A stretch of 56,059 bases of DNA from a virus (IMGVR_UViG_3300033146_004156:1-56059), one strand, 5' to 3'. Positions 9,948 to 20,553 are shown, numbered from the stretch's first letter. Notes: generated from the letters alone by a model not told the origin. Numbers and translations are program-made.

Positions 9948-12900
9948 TTATTGAATATCGAATTTAACTTGTCTTAATCTTGGCATAGTGTTTTCAGTAA
10001 AAGGAATATTATCCGAGTTACTATCTATATTACTTGGATATACCACATGAAAATAACCAAATCCATAATCAGTAAAACATAAAAATTCTGGTATTCCACC
10101 TACACCCGTTAAAAAACCATCACCATTTTTACTTTCAAAATTTAAGTGAACTTCAATTAATTGTGATCTTTCATTTCTTATTAAATATTTACCAACAACC
10201 ATATCGGTGCCCGGCCCATCACCAAATGCAGGAATACTATCTCCAAGATAAATATTTAATTCATCGACATCATCAGATTTATTAAAATCTACAGATGTTT
10301 TATAACTTCCATCAACGTTTGTTAAACAATATAGTGATTGTGGTCTTAATACTCCAGTCATACTACTATGTGTATTTTCCCAGATCCCGGTAGTAAAATC
10401 TTCACTTTGTAAATTAATATTATTTTTAAATGTATTTGAATAATAGTATGAATCACCTGTAGAATCACCTGCACCATAACCTGCTGCAAATACTCTAATT
10501 GTATCATCAGCAATAATATCAACTATATCATTTAATGGTAACCATTTTGTAGTATCATAAAAGTTTTCTTCATTTAAATCTATATCATCGATATCGGTTA
10601 ATGCTTTGTAATATTCATATATATCACCACCCATATATCTTCTAATAACATTAGTAGTTTTAATTGATATTACGCCTGAACTTTCGCCATCAGAAAATGC
10701 AAATGAATGTAATTCTAATTCATATTTTGTTCTACCAAGTACAAATCCGTCTGTATCTATTTTAGGTAAAAATTTATTACCATCAAAATAAAATCCGTCT
10801 GTATATAATTTTTCATATGGAAATGCCAACTTAGTTATTATTCTATTATTAGTACCACCATTTAAAATCATACTAAATGCGTCATACATGTGACTTGAAA
10901 TTGAAACATAATTTTCGAGTGCTAGCTCAATACCAGAATTATCACCTAAAACTTCATCTATTCTTCTTTGTAAATTTGATGCATAATAATTAAAATCAAG
11001 TCTTTCAACATGATTCTTAAAGTATTCATTTATAACATCAAATATTAACTGATTAGTGTCGGATGCTGTTTTTGATAAATCATATTTAATTACTTTTACA
11101 ATATAGTCAAAATTGATATAAACTGGTTGTCTATTTTCATGATTCATTGTCATAATTTTGTATGGCTCTAACTCTGAAAATATACTACTGTCACTCTCAC
11201 CAGTAGGTGTATCTGGAGCAATATATGTTTCATTTCTTTTTAAATACCAATTATCTTTTAAATTATCTATAGCTTCTCTATTGACATTATATAATTCAAC
11301 ATCATCTAAAAAGTTATTATATCTAATATCAGAACACTGTGTTAATGTTTTCTCAGTTTGAAGAGAATCACAACCAGGTAAACTTCCACCATCTATAAGT
11401 GCATTATAATAAGATGTATACTCTTCACCAAGAGTACTACCTAAATATGAAACATAGTTATTATATTCAGATAAATCACTCTCATATTTAGCCAATTGTT
11501 CTAGATATTGTCTATATAGAAAGTCTTCTTTTTCCCAAGTAATGAATAAAATTGTAGCAGGTTGAGCTAACCAAGTCTTATATGCATCTCCGGCCCCATT
11601 TTCTGAACCACCATAATTACTAGTTGAGGTATACCAATTTTTATCATTAGTAATAAAAGTGCTAGCATTAGCTAAACCTTGTATATACTCAGCTTGCAAT
11701 GCAATATAAGTTGCATCTTGTATAATTTCAAGTCCTGCAGTTGGGATTGTTGTAATATTAGGATTTTCTATCCAGTCTCCAGGTATTTTTGGGAGTTCTG
11801 GAATTTGTGCTAACATCCATTGATTTCTTTCTTCAGGATAACTAATAAGTGGTTTTTGACCAGGGTTTTTAACTTCTTCTGGTGGATTCGGTATTACATT
11901 ACCAGGAGCAAAAGTATTCCATCCCTCTGGTTGTTCTAAGTAATTAACAGGTCTAGGTTTCCATCCCTCTGGCTTCTCGACTGTATCTTCATTCGGGTTT
12001 TTAACAAATGGAAATATTGGATGTCTAGGCATTGTCTGTAAATCAAATTGTAGATTGGCTAAATCTTCTTCATTAACCGCATTACTGTCACTATTTAATG
12101 AAGTACTTAAAAACGAACGTACAGTTCTTTCAGGGAAAAAACTAAATAAAATTGTAGCCGATACTTTAGCATCAGTAAATTCTTCTTCTGAACCCCAACA
12201 TTTTGTCCACTTAACATTTTCATGTCTTTGTGTTATTGAAACGTAATCTAATGCCGTTACAGCTCTATTTGCACTATTATGAAATACTGGAGCATTTTCT
12301 TTAATACTTTCAATACTTTCAATTTCAGTCCCTTGGTGTGTAACTTCACTTAAAGACACATTTATTTGGTCAGATAAAATACTATTTTGTACTGTAAATT
12401 CTTCACCTGATTTACCATCAGCGCCTTTTGAAATTAGAACATTACTCTGAATAAGTGTATTAATTCTAATAGGGTTACCATATCCACCGACTTCAAAAAA
12501 TATTGATGGCATTTGTAAAAATATATTTTGTAATCTAACAAATTTACTTCTAGCAACATCATAAGAACTATCAACTAAGAATTGGTTATATTTAGACCAA
12601 GGTTGTTTTTTAATAATTTCACCATTATCATCAACATAAGTTAACCAAGTTTCAATACCATCATCTTCTACATTATTAAATGGTATTAAATAATTTTGTT
12701 TAGTTTTTGGTATATTATTTTCAATTTCTGTAAAAGCTCTTACTGATAATAAATCATTATCTTCATAAGATATTAAATCGCCCTCTTTTACTTCTATGCT
12801 AAAATCTTTATCAAATCTATTATTATTTGTAATATTTAGAATTGATATTTCATCACCCATATAATAATATTTGTGACCGTTACTTTCAAAAATGGTATAT

Positions 12901-13292
12901 TTGGGTATTATAAGTTTATAAACATCAAAATCACTAATTGGTAACGGGTCACCATTTTCATCTAGTGTTTCAGAAAATTCTCTTCTTTTGAGTGTAATAT
13001 TAAGTTTATATCTCCAAGAAGTCCTTTGAACAGCTTCATAACCTAATTGACGACCACCAAAAAGTACGTTCATTCTTTTAGTGGCTAGTGGTAATATCAC
13101 TTCTTGTAAATTTATTGCAGTATTTGTATTTAGTACATGTACCAGATATGTCATAATATCTGCTATTTGGCTAATATTAGAGCCTGGGTATAAAATATCT
13201 GTTAAACCATTAGCTAATAAAGCTTCTTTAACTTTTTCTTCTATTTCATCAAATGAAAATGGTATCAGTTCTACTGGAATTTCGCTAGCCAT
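9948..13292 (-). CDS. gp6: Baseplate wedge protein gp6, with a central Pro-rich insertion
   Basis: PFSFDEI...YPGSNISQIADI...LATKRMNV...LGY N-terminus; ESIESIKENAP..NRAVTALDY. Confidence 0.9.
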   Translation of the reverse strand: MASEIPVELIPFSFDEIEEKVKEALLANGLTDILYPGSNISQIADIMTYLVHVLNTNTAINLQEVILPLATKRMNVLFGGRQLGYEAVQRTSWRYKLNITLKRREFSETLDENGDPLPISDFDVYKLIIPKYTIFESNGHKYYYMGDEISILNITNNNRFDKDFSIEVKEGDLISYEDNDLLSVRAFTEIENNIPKTKQNYLIPFNNVEDDGIETWLTYVDDNGEIIKKQPWSKYNQFLVDSSYDVARSKFVRLQNIFLQMPSIFFEVGGYGNPIRINTLIQSNVLISKGADGKSGEEFTVQNSILSDQINVSLSEVTHQGTEIESIESIKENAPVFHNSANRAVTALDYVSITQRHENVKWTKCWGSEEEFTDAKVSATILFSFFPERTVRSFLSTSLNSDSNAVNEEDLANLQFDLQTMPRHPIFPFVKNPNEDTVEKPEGWKPRPVNYLEQPEGWNTFAPGNVIPNPPEEVKNPGQKPLISYPEERNQWMLAQIPELPKIPGDWIENPNITTIPTAGLEIIQDATYIALQAEYIQGLANASTFITNDKNWYTSTSNYGGSENGAGDAYKTWLAQPATILFITWEKEDFLYRQYLEQLAKYESDLSEYNNYVSYLGSTLGEEYTSYYNALIDGGSLPGCDSLQTEKTLTQCSDIRYNNFLDDVELYNVNREAIDNLKDNWYLKRNETYIAPDTPTGESDSSIFSELEPYKIMTMNHENRQPVYINFDYIVKVIKYDLSKTASDTNQLIFDVINEYFKNHVERLDFNYYASNLQRRIDEVLGDNSGIELALENYVSISSHMYDAFSMILNGGTNNRIITKLAFPYEKLYTDGFYFDGNKFLPKIDTDGFVLGRTKYELELHSFAFSDGESSGVISIKTTNVIRRYMGGDIYEYYKALTDIDDIDLNEENFYDTTKWLPLNDIVDIIADDTIRVFAAGYGAGDSTGDSYYYSNTFKNNINLQSEDFTTGIWENTHSSMTGVLRPQSLYCLTNVDGSYKTSVDFNKSDDVDELNIYLGDSIPAFGDGPGTDMVVGKYLIRNERSQLIEVHLNFESKNGDGFLTGVGGIPEFLCFTDYGFGYFHVVYPSNIDSNSDNIPFTENTMPRLRQVKFDIQ

Positions 13293-13301
13293 TTAAGTCC
13301 T

Positions 13302-13712
13302 TTAAATTTGTTTATTACGTTGTGCAATTGAAGTCATTGTATTATGAGATATAGAAAGATTTCTAAATACTTCTTGACTATTAATATAAATTACATAATT
13401 TATTACTATTTCTAAGTAATTATACTCTTGTTCTTTATTTATTTTTATTGAGATAAGTCTAGCTCTAGGCTCATATTTTTCTAGAACATTTTGCATTGCT
13501 ACTTCCATAGCTTTCTCTTCAAAAAATCCCATATTATCGAATAAGAATACCGATATTGGATTGCCTAACCAAGGTTTTCCTGGCACTTCGCCAATCTCAA
13601 TAGTGAATAAATTTTTTATGGAGTTTTCTATAGCTTGAATATCTTCTGCAAGTTTATAACCTACCTGCACTTCTGCTTTTGTGCGTGGTGTTAAATCGGT
13701 GTATACAGCCAT
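13302..13712 (-). CDS. gp25: Baseplate wedge subunit gp25
   Basis: AIENSIKNLF...GEVPGKPWLG...YEPRARL. Confidence 0.9.
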   Translation of the reverse strand: MAVYTDLTPRTKAEVQVGYKLAEDIQAIENSIKNLFTIEIGEVPGKPWLGNPISVFLFDNMGFFEEKAMEVAMQNVLEKYEPRARLISIKINKEQEYNYLEIVINYVIYINSQEVFRNLSISHNTMTSIAQRNKQI

Positions 13713-13716
13713 AACT

Positions 13717-13749
13717 CTTTCCTTTATTTGTATTATTTATAAAGGAAAG
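13717..13749 (-). promoter_or_regulatory. 11-bp RBS-sequestering hairpin with an embedded late promoter (13734-13741) upstream of gp25
   Basis: Minus strand CTTTCCTTTAT-aaataatacaa-ATAAAGGAAAG-agtt-ATG; TATAAATA straddles the 5' arm and loop. Confidence 0.7.
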
Positions 13750-13755
13750 GAGAAT

Positions 13756-14652
13756 TTATTTTGGTGTACCAACCCAATTAAAATCACCAGCTCTCTCTTT
13801 TGGGTCAACAGGCGGTGCATCGCTTACTGAAGGAGTAGTACCTGCCTTATAAGGGTGTCCGTGACTTTCATAAATATCTCTTAAAGAGCTTAAATTTCCT
13901 AAAGAATCTGCAACATCTCCTTTGGCTGTAATATCAGTTCCTGATGTAATTGTAGTTCCGGTTTCTAAACTTCCAGTAACTTTTAAATCACAGTCAATAA
14001 CCATATTTCCATCTGCTCCAACTGTAAAAAGCCCAGGTGTTTCTTGCCAGATATTCCCATCTTTAGATGCTTGAATTGTAATATCACCATCATTAGAGAT
14101 TTCGACTCGTGCTCCAGTAGAATGCTGTATTCTAATCCTTGAGTTATTTGGAGTTCCATCAATTTCAACTATATTACCATTATGGTCTTCGTACACTTTA
14201 TTATTTGGATAAGTTGCTAAATATGCAGTATCTTTTTCTTCAGTAAATCCATCTCTTGAAACTCTATCACCTGTAATATCTGGCTCTAATTTTTTACCGT
14301 ATGTTAATGGATTATCTGCTTCATTTAATCTTACTGGAAACTTTCCGTTAGGGTCTCTAAATCCACCTTCAACTTCTTTACTAGTGAAAATACCTTTTGT
14401 AGTTCCTATAAAAAGAAAATTAGTATAAGTACTATTTAAATTAAAACAATAACCCCAAGTACCAATTAAAATATTAGTGCTTGACCCTAGTGTATTACCT
14501 GCATCAAGCGGTGCTAGAACATCACTCCAGGGCATATCGGTAAGTGCCACAAGTTCTAAATCTTTTGTATGAACACCTTCAACACGTATTTTAACTCTTC
14601 CTAAGTGTTCAGGATCTTTATTATCTTCTACTACACATCTAAATAATTCCAT
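13756..14652 (-). CDS. gp5: Baseplate central spike, gp5-like, without a lysozyme domain
   Basis: VVEDNKDPEHLGRVKIRV OB-fold start, YPNNKV..HNG..EIDGTP..RIRIQHSTG beta-helix start, C-terminal SHGH motif. Confidence 0.85.
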   Translation of the reverse strand: MELFRCVVEDNKDPEHLGRVKIRVEGVHTKDLELVALTDMPWSDVLAPLDAGNTLGSSTNILIGTWGYCFNLNSTYTNFLFIGTTKGIFTSKEVEGGFRDPNGKFPVRLNEADNPLTYGKKLEPDITGDRVSRDGFTEEKDTAYLATYPNNKVYEDHNGNIVEIDGTPNNSRIRIQHSTGARVEISNDGDITIQASKDGNIWQETPGLFTVGADGNMVIDCDLKVTGSLETGTTITSGTDITAKGDVADSLGNLSSLRDIYESHGHPYKAGTTPSVSDAPPVDPKERAGDFNWVGTPK

Positions 14653-14655
14653 AAT

Positions 14656-15822
14656 TTACTCCGGGTTTCCTGCTGCATAATCAGCCGCAGATAGTTCTAA
14701 AAATTGAAAAAAGTTTCCTGTAATAAGTTTATCTATTACTCCAGTAACCACATAAACAGCACTAAATACTTCATCGGCTTCTTGCGTTTGTACACTTTGC
14801 GCTCTTGGAATAATCAACTTAATTTTTGTATACATTCTTGTAATATTTAAACCTTGAATGACTATCGTTAATTGTTGTTGTTTATTAATAATATCACGAT
14901 AATCTACATTATTTCCCATAAGTTCGTTATCAAATAAATGACTAATTTCTCTAACCCCTACTGATTCTACAAGGTCAGGTAATTTTAGTTCCCCCATTCC
15001 AAATGTAGAATTAATTTCTTGTGAGTCGTATGCGGTTTTTGCACTGATTTCTTCGGGGTCGTATTTTAAATCTTTAATACTTAACATACTACGATTTGCA
15101 TTAACTGCTCGCTGTGTGCTTTTAAAATTTGATACTTTACCGTTATACTCTAATATATTCCAGTGAGGATATTTACTGTTTAAATTTAATGTAAAATCAA
15201 ATTCTTTTGGTTCATGTATTGCTCCAAAATCTGAAAACTTTCTTGATGAAAGATGTATACCATCTCTATCAGAAAACATCAGTATATTAGTATATTTATT
15301 TTGTTGCTTGATAAATTCTAATACAGACATATTTGCTGGGGTTATAATATTATCAATCTTTTTATCATCAACTTCCATATAATAGCTTGCAGTGCCACCT
15401 GCCATATCAATTAAATCTGCATATATTTCTAACATGGTTTTCTTACTATATGCTTTGGATATAAAAGTATTGTTTAAAGTATTAGCTATATAATCTTCAA
15501 ATTTCATAGTAACATTTATTTGATTATTTTTTAACCTTAAAACATCAAGACTAGTCATTATACAGTCTAGCGAAATTTTATTATCATTTATATCAATTAA
15601 TTCAATTAATATTAAAGCGTAAGTTAAAGGGGCAAGCTCTGTTAAGTTCATTGTATCAACAAATGTTACTCGGCCTTTAATAATATCATGATAATTAACT
15701 TGAATATCAATTATATCTTGTGACCTTAATTTTAAACCATTTACAGTGACATTAAGGAGTTTATGTTTAGCTTCTTTTAGTACCGGAGTACTATCGAATG
15801 TATCAGTAGGATTAAAAGACAC
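14656..15822 (-). CDS. Baseplate hub protein, gp27-like
   Basis: 388 aa between gp53 and gp5, ending SAVYVVTGVIDKL...LEL like hub proteins. The call is largely positional. Confidence 0.55.
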   Translation of the reverse strand: MSFNPTDTFDSTPVLKEAKHKLLNVTVNGLKLRSQDIIDIQVNYHDIIKGRVTFVDTMNLTELAPLTYALILIELIDINDNKISLDCIMTSLDVLRLKNNQINVTMKFEDYIANTLNNTFISKAYSKKTMLEIYADLIDMAGGTASYYMEVDDKKIDNIITPANMSVLEFIKQQNKYTNILMFSDRDGIHLSSRKFSDFGAIHEPKEFDFTLNLNSKYPHWNILEYNGKVSNFKSTQRAVNANRSMLSIKDLKYDPEEISAKTAYDSQEINSTFGMGELKLPDLVESVGVREISHLFDNELMGNNVDYRDIINKQQQLTIVIQGLNITRMYTKIKLIIPRAQSVQTQEADEVFSAVYVVTGVIDKLITGNFFQFLELSAADYAAGNPE

Positions 15823-16310
15823 TATGACTCCTCTAATGTTATTCTATTATCTTCTCTATTCTTATCTATTAACGAAATGAGTGCATTTAATTTTTCAGGT
15901 TTCGGAACAGTAATGGATTTTCTTTTTGAATTAATATCTTCTATTGTAACACTTATGTTATCAAATATTGAAAGCGCATCTTCAGTTAAGGTAGCATTAA
16001 GGTCTAATTCTTTCTTAATAATTGTGTGTAAGCTGCTAACTTGGTCCATTATAATATCACTATTATAAAACATATTCCATAAGAAAACATCATTATTCGC
16101 TGCCAATATAATATCTGCATAATTCTCTGATTTATATAATTTATAAGAAATACCTTCCAACTTCTCATCCATTTGCATTTCATAAGTCATGAAATAATCA
16201 GGTTTACTTTTAAATAATTCAAGCATTTTTCCGTAATATATACTTGTATAATCAGTTACATTAAGGCCATCAATAACTCTTCTATCATATTTGTATAATG
16301 AATTTTTCAT
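15822..16310 (-). CDS. gp53: Baseplate wedge protein gp53 (LysM-like)
   Basis: DEKLEGISYKLYKSENYADIILAANN. Confidence 0.8.
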   Translation of the reverse strand: MKNSLYKYDRRVIDGLNVTDYTSIYYGKMLELFKSKPDYFMTYEMQMDEKLEGISYKLYKSENYADIILAANNDVFLWNMFYNSDIIMDQVSSLHTIIKKELDLNATLTEDALSIFDNISVTIEDINSKRKSITVPKPEKLNALISLIDKNREDNRITLEES

Positions 16311-16316
16311 ATTTTC

Positions 16317-17309
16317 TTAACTATCCTCATTAAATTCGGCATTATCTGATCTACTAAAACCATCAACATCAAGACCAGTTTTTGCATCATACCCACCAAA
16401 TGTTGGAGGTTTAAGAGGGTCACCTTCTCTCTCTTTAATATTACTTTTATCTTGCCAGTCTTCCATGGTTTTCATTCTTCTCTCCACTAATTCAAGAGTT
16501 AAATTAATTTCTTTAGGCATACCATCTTCAAAAATTTCCATTGCTCCACCACTTCCATATGTAATATTAACTGTTTGTATCATCATTTCTTCATATCTTA
16601 ATACTTCATTAAGTAATTCATTAGTTAAAGTAACTTTACAAAAATAAGGTGCCAATAATAATGCATTAGCAAGCTGTAATTCTGGAGCAGAATATAATTT
16701 GAACAATCTAATTATATTTAAAATAGTTTTTGTCTCTTCTTTGCTTTGAGGAGATATAATCCAAGCTAGTGATAACGACCTTAGGCCTGTACCCTTATAT
16801 TCTTGTACTTTATCTGGATTAGTTAATAATGCTCTTGAGCCTGTAAACTTTGCCATACCGGATAGAGCATTACTAACACTAAAGTCTCCACCCATATCCA
16901 TAGCTTTACTCATTAGATTTGAAACAACACCTTGCCCTTGTAAATATTCGTTAGAGATAGACTCAGCAATTCCGTTTGTTAATGGCATGAATATTGAATC
17001 TTTATAAGTTTTAGCATTTGCATCAATTGCGGCGCTATCAAGATCTGCCGATGCTTTACCATTAGCACTTGCATTAACTCTTTTACTAAATGCATTTGCA
17101 ACTTTATTACCAACAGCTTTACTTGAACTACCGGCTTTTTCTAATGATACTTTAGGATTTCCTTTTCCAGTTGCAAATTGCACACCGGCATCAACAACAC
17201 TAGTTAAAGCAGTTACTATATTCTTACCCAAATCTGGACTATAAAAATCAAATGCTATGTAATTTTGTTTACTTAAATCATTTGGAAAAATATTTAATTT
17301 AGTACTCAT
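16317..17309 (-). CDS. gp48: Baseplate tail-tube cap
   Basis: NPDKVQEYKGTGLRSLSLAW.ISPQSKEE...GMPKEINLTLELVE. Confidence 0.8.
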   Translation of the reverse strand: MSTKLNIFPNDLSKQNYIAFDFYSPDLGKNIVTALTSVVDAGVQFATGKGNPKVSLEKAGSSSKAVGNKVANAFSKRVNASANGKASADLDSAAIDANAKTYKDSIFMPLTNGIAESISNEYLQGQGVVSNLMSKAMDMGGDFSVSNALSGMAKFTGSRALLTNPDKVQEYKGTGLRSLSLAWIISPQSKEETKTILNIIRLFKLYSAPELQLANALLLAPYFCKVTLTNELLNEVLRYEEMMIQTVNITYGSGGAMEIFEDGMPKEINLTLELVERRMKTMEDWQDKSNIKEREGDPLKPPTFGGYDAKTGLDVDGFSRSDNAEFNEDS

Positions 17310-17318
17310 TTAATCTCC

Positions 17319-19217
17319 TTAAAAATCAAGTTCACTATCAAAATCGACATTAGCTTTAGTTTGTAATAATGTGTGTTCATTATTATCCGCAGATAATTTA
17401 GAAATTTGTGCGTTAAATTCATTATTAATTCTATCTTGCTCTGTGATAATTGCTTTATTAGATGAACTTTCGCTATTCTTTTTGCCACTTTTAATATTTA
17501 TATTTTTCCCACCTACTGTCGTAGAACTTGATTCTGTAACATTTACAGCAACTGATGTTGAAGTTGAATTATCACCTGCAATATTTGTAGAACTCTGTGA
17601 TGAATTATTAGTTGTATTGGAGTTGTTAAGTGTAGTATTTGTAACTTTATTACCTTGTGTTTTCTTAATATTGGTATTCACTTTTTTAACACTACTATTA
17701 TTATTTACAACTTTGTTATTAGCTGTGTTATTCATATTTGATGTTACCACTTTAGAATTAGTAGTATTTCCGGTACCATTTAAGCCATCACTCCCTGCTG
17801 TACCTTCTCCAGCTCTTACATCTTTATGCTCTTCTGTGTTAACTGTACTATAATTAAAAGTTTCCTTAATAATTTTTGCTTTTTCTTTTTCTTCTTTTTG
17901 TTTTTTTACCTGATAATCTAGCATTATTTTTGCTATCTTTGCTGGTTTATTTTGTTCTGTTCCAGAGTGTCCACTCATTTGGCTTTTCATCATTATTCTT
18001 AAATCTGTAGTTGTAATTTTACCTTCTTCAAGAAGTTTTACCATTAGTTTCTCATTAAATCCATCATCTCCATTTTCATCAACCACAACACCCATATTTA
18101 TTAGCGCTTTATATCTGCCTTGCTCTTTAAATGTTCTGCTCGGCCCATCACTAGTTTCTTCTGCTATTTTTTCGGCTTTTTCAATAATTGCTTCTTCTTC
18201 TAACGTTACGGCTTTTTCTAAACCCGCCAACGAAGCAAGTTTAGGCATTGATGCTATTATCTGATTTTTTAACCATCCACTTATACCATATTTTGCAATC
18301 TCATTCATCATTTCTCTAAATGTATTTTCTATTGCTCTCCAATTATCGCCGAATATAGCAGTTAAAACTGGAGATGTTATATTTTCATATACCCATTTAA
18401 ATGCATTACCGACACCGGATGTGATTACTTCCCACCATCCACCATTTTCTGTAACATAAGTGGATACACCGGCCCATAATTCAGCACCTTTTGTAATTAT
18501 CCAAGAACCAAAATTAAGAACTGCATCACCAATAGCGGCGAGGCCTTTTAAAATACCCATACCAGCATCAATAAATACTTGTTTCCAACCACCTTGTGAT
18601 TGTGCCCATCCATCTAATGCTTTCCAAATATTTATTGCACCTTTTTTAATAACGTCCCATAACCAGCCTATCATTCCACCAGGGTGGTCACTTGCTGCGC
18701 TCCACCAAGCAATTAGGGTTGTAATTGCTGCTATACCAAGACCTAATATCATATCTAAAATCGACATTTTTTCTTTTACTTTAAGTGGTTTATCACTTTT
18801 TACTGTTGAGGTTATTAAATCATCTTTTTTCTTCTGATTAATATCATCTTTTTGTACTTTCTTAGCACTATCTTTAGCTATTTTTACTAGCTCTGTTTGA
18901 TTGTCCGCTATAGATTCCATATTTTTTAACATTTCAGTAGTAAAGAATTTAGATTGATTTTCTGCTTGATTTCTTTCTTGTTTAGTTCCACCTTTAACTG
19001 TAAGCTCTTTATTATTATCTACTATAAATTTACCACTCTTAAGTGTTGCTTCCATATTTTTTGCGCCAGCAGCGGAAGTACACGGTGCTAATGAATTTTC
19101 GGGAGCTTCGGGGGCTTCGGTTGTTTTATCTATTTTTTTAGAAGTTGTAGTAGTTACTGCATCTTTTGCAGGAGCTACTTTGTCTTTAGTAAACATCCCT
19201 GATATCATTGGTAACAT
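17319..19217 (-). CDS. Tape-measure-like protein (gp29 position)
   Basis: Long helical protein with periodic W/G-rich amphipathic repeats and an N/T/S-rich tail, located between gp26-like genes and gp48. Confidence 0.6.
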   Translation of the reverse strand: MLPMISGMFTKDKVAPAKDAVTTTTSKKIDKTTEAPEAPENSLAPCTSAAGAKNMEATLKSGKFIVDNNKELTVKGGTKQERNQAENQSKFFTTEMLKNMESIADNQTELVKIAKDSAKKVQKDDINQKKKDDLITSTVKSDKPLKVKEKMSILDMILGLGIAAITTLIAWWSAASDHPGGMIGWLWDVIKKGAINIWKALDGWAQSQGGWKQVFIDAGMGILKGLAAIGDAVLNFGSWIITKGAELWAGVSTYVTENGGWWEVITSGVGNAFKWVYENITSPVLTAIFGDNWRAIENTFREMMNEIAKYGISGWLKNQIIASMPKLASLAGLEKAVTLEEEAIIEKAEKIAEETSDGPSRTFKEQGRYKALINMGVVVDENGDDGFNEKLMVKLLEEGKITTTDLRIMMKSQMSGHSGTEQNKPAKIAKIMLDYQVKKQKEEKEKAKIIKETFNYSTVNTEEHKDVRAGEGTAGSDGLNGTGNTTNSKVVTSNMNNTANNKVVNNNSSVKKVNTNIKKTQGNKVTNTTLNNSNTTNNSSQSSTNIAGDNSTSTSVAVNVTESSSTTVGGKNINIKSGKKNSESSSNKAIITEQDRINNEFNAQISKLSADNNEHTLLQTKANVDFDSELDF

Positions 19218-19852
19218 TAACTTCCTTTTTTATCTTCTTTAACCTGAATTAAACCTAAAAATATTTCCCGTTCATATGGAATCATTGTGTCAGTATCGCG
19301 TTTTGTCATATTAGTGAAAGTACTAATATCTAAATACTGTTCAAATATATTTTTAATCGGATATTTAGAGATAATATTAGGTACTTCTGGTTTAGTTCTA
19401 AACCCAGTACCACATTTTTTACAAAATAATTCACAAATGGGGTCAAATATCTTTCTATTTGTCTCATCAATATTATTCTCTAACTCATTATATTCAGTTA
19501 AGCTTTTATTATTTATAAAATCTTCGTCTAATTCATCTATATCTTCAATTATTTTATAATCTTCTACTAAATCTTTAAAAAACATTTTAGGTATTGATAA
19601 ATTAAAGAAATCTTGGTAACCACAATTCTTACAAGTATGCGTAATCTCTATTAAATCTGCTACTGATATTTCTCTGAGTTTAAAGATAAATGCTTCTGCT
19701 TCTAATTCATTAGCTGCTTCTATCCCAAGTATTTTACATATTTTTACTAAAGTAAACGAGCTTTCCATAGTTTGAATAAGTGCATTCTTCTCTTGCTCAG
19801 TGGTATAAGGATTAAAATTATTTAAATTATCCTTAAATTCGTCTTTAGTCAT
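19217..19852 (-). CDS. Baseplate hub assembly chaperone, gp26/gp51-like
   Basis: Likely start MTKDEF at 19852. NPYTTEQEK, KLREISV, two CxxC pairs, and C-terminal MIPYEREIFLGLI (gp51-like). Confidence 0.65.
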   Translation of the reverse strand: MTKDEFKDNLNNFNPYTTEQEKNALIQTMESSFTLVKICKILGIEAANELEAEAFIFKLREISVADLIEITHTCKNCGYQDFFNLSIPKMFFKDLVEDYKIIEDIDELDEDFINNKSLTEYNELENNIDETNRKIFDPICELFCKKCGTGFRTKPEVPNIISKYPIKNIFEQYLDISTFTNMTKRDTDTMIPYEREIFLGLIQVKEDKKGS

Positions 19853-20537
19853 CAACTTTTCTAGGTAGAAGTGGCTCAAAGAATGATGGAATTTTATCGA
19901 AAATATAATCTGATTCAACATTACAAGATGGACATAGTACTTTTGACCCTATTGTTACTCGAGATTCATTATCAATAAAAGTTTGTGCTAGCTCATTAGA
20001 ATCTTTAATACTTAAGTTATCACTAATATTTAATATCTGCTCAAAATTTTTGATTTTAACTCCAGCATATTCTTCTACATGAAGCATCAATTCAATATCT
20101 TTAGCAAGTTCATCTGGATACTTTGCAGAAATAGATTCTATACTGCCTTTATTAATTTCTCTCCATTTTATACCATTGGCTTCAAATGGAAAAGAAGCAG
20201 GTCTATATGTAAATGTTTTATCTAATGTGGTATTAATTATAATTTCTTTATCACAATTATTACAATTAATTGTAAATTCTACATCGTCACCTGTGCTCAT
20301 TATTCTGAGATTAAATAAAATATATTTAATCTCATCTGGTGAGTAATATTGTTCATTATTGTTTATATAGGGAATTACAAGTGTATCCAAAATATCATCT
20401 TCGGTAATATTTTCACCTTTTTTTCTGAAAATTTTAACAAAATCTTTCTTTGTTTTACCCATCCAGGGTGAAATCGAAACTGTTTTTTCAGCTGATAACT
20501 TTAATTCTATGGCACTATCTGCATTATAATATGTCAT
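19845..20537 (-). CDS. Baseplate hub assembly protein, gp26-like
   Basis: YILFNLRIMSTGDDVEFTINCNNC and CPSC motifs. Confidence 0.7.
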   Translation of the reverse strand: MTYYNADSAIELKLSAEKTVSISPWMGKTKKDFVKIFRKKGENITEDDILDTLVIPYINNNEQYYSPDEIKYILFNLRIMSTGDDVEFTINCNNCDKEIIINTTLDKTFTYRPASFPFEANGIKWREINKGSIESISAKYPDELAKDIELMLHVEEYAGVKIKNFEQILNISDNLSIKDSNELAQTFIDNESRVTIGSKVLCPSCNVESDYIFDKIPSFFEPLLPRKVDD

Positions 20538-20553
20538 TTTTATCCTTTACTCT

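Noticed and set aside
11200-12100. Intein within gp6
   Set aside because: The central insertion is Pro-rich and helical, and lacks C1/HN splice motifs and LAGLIDADG blocks.
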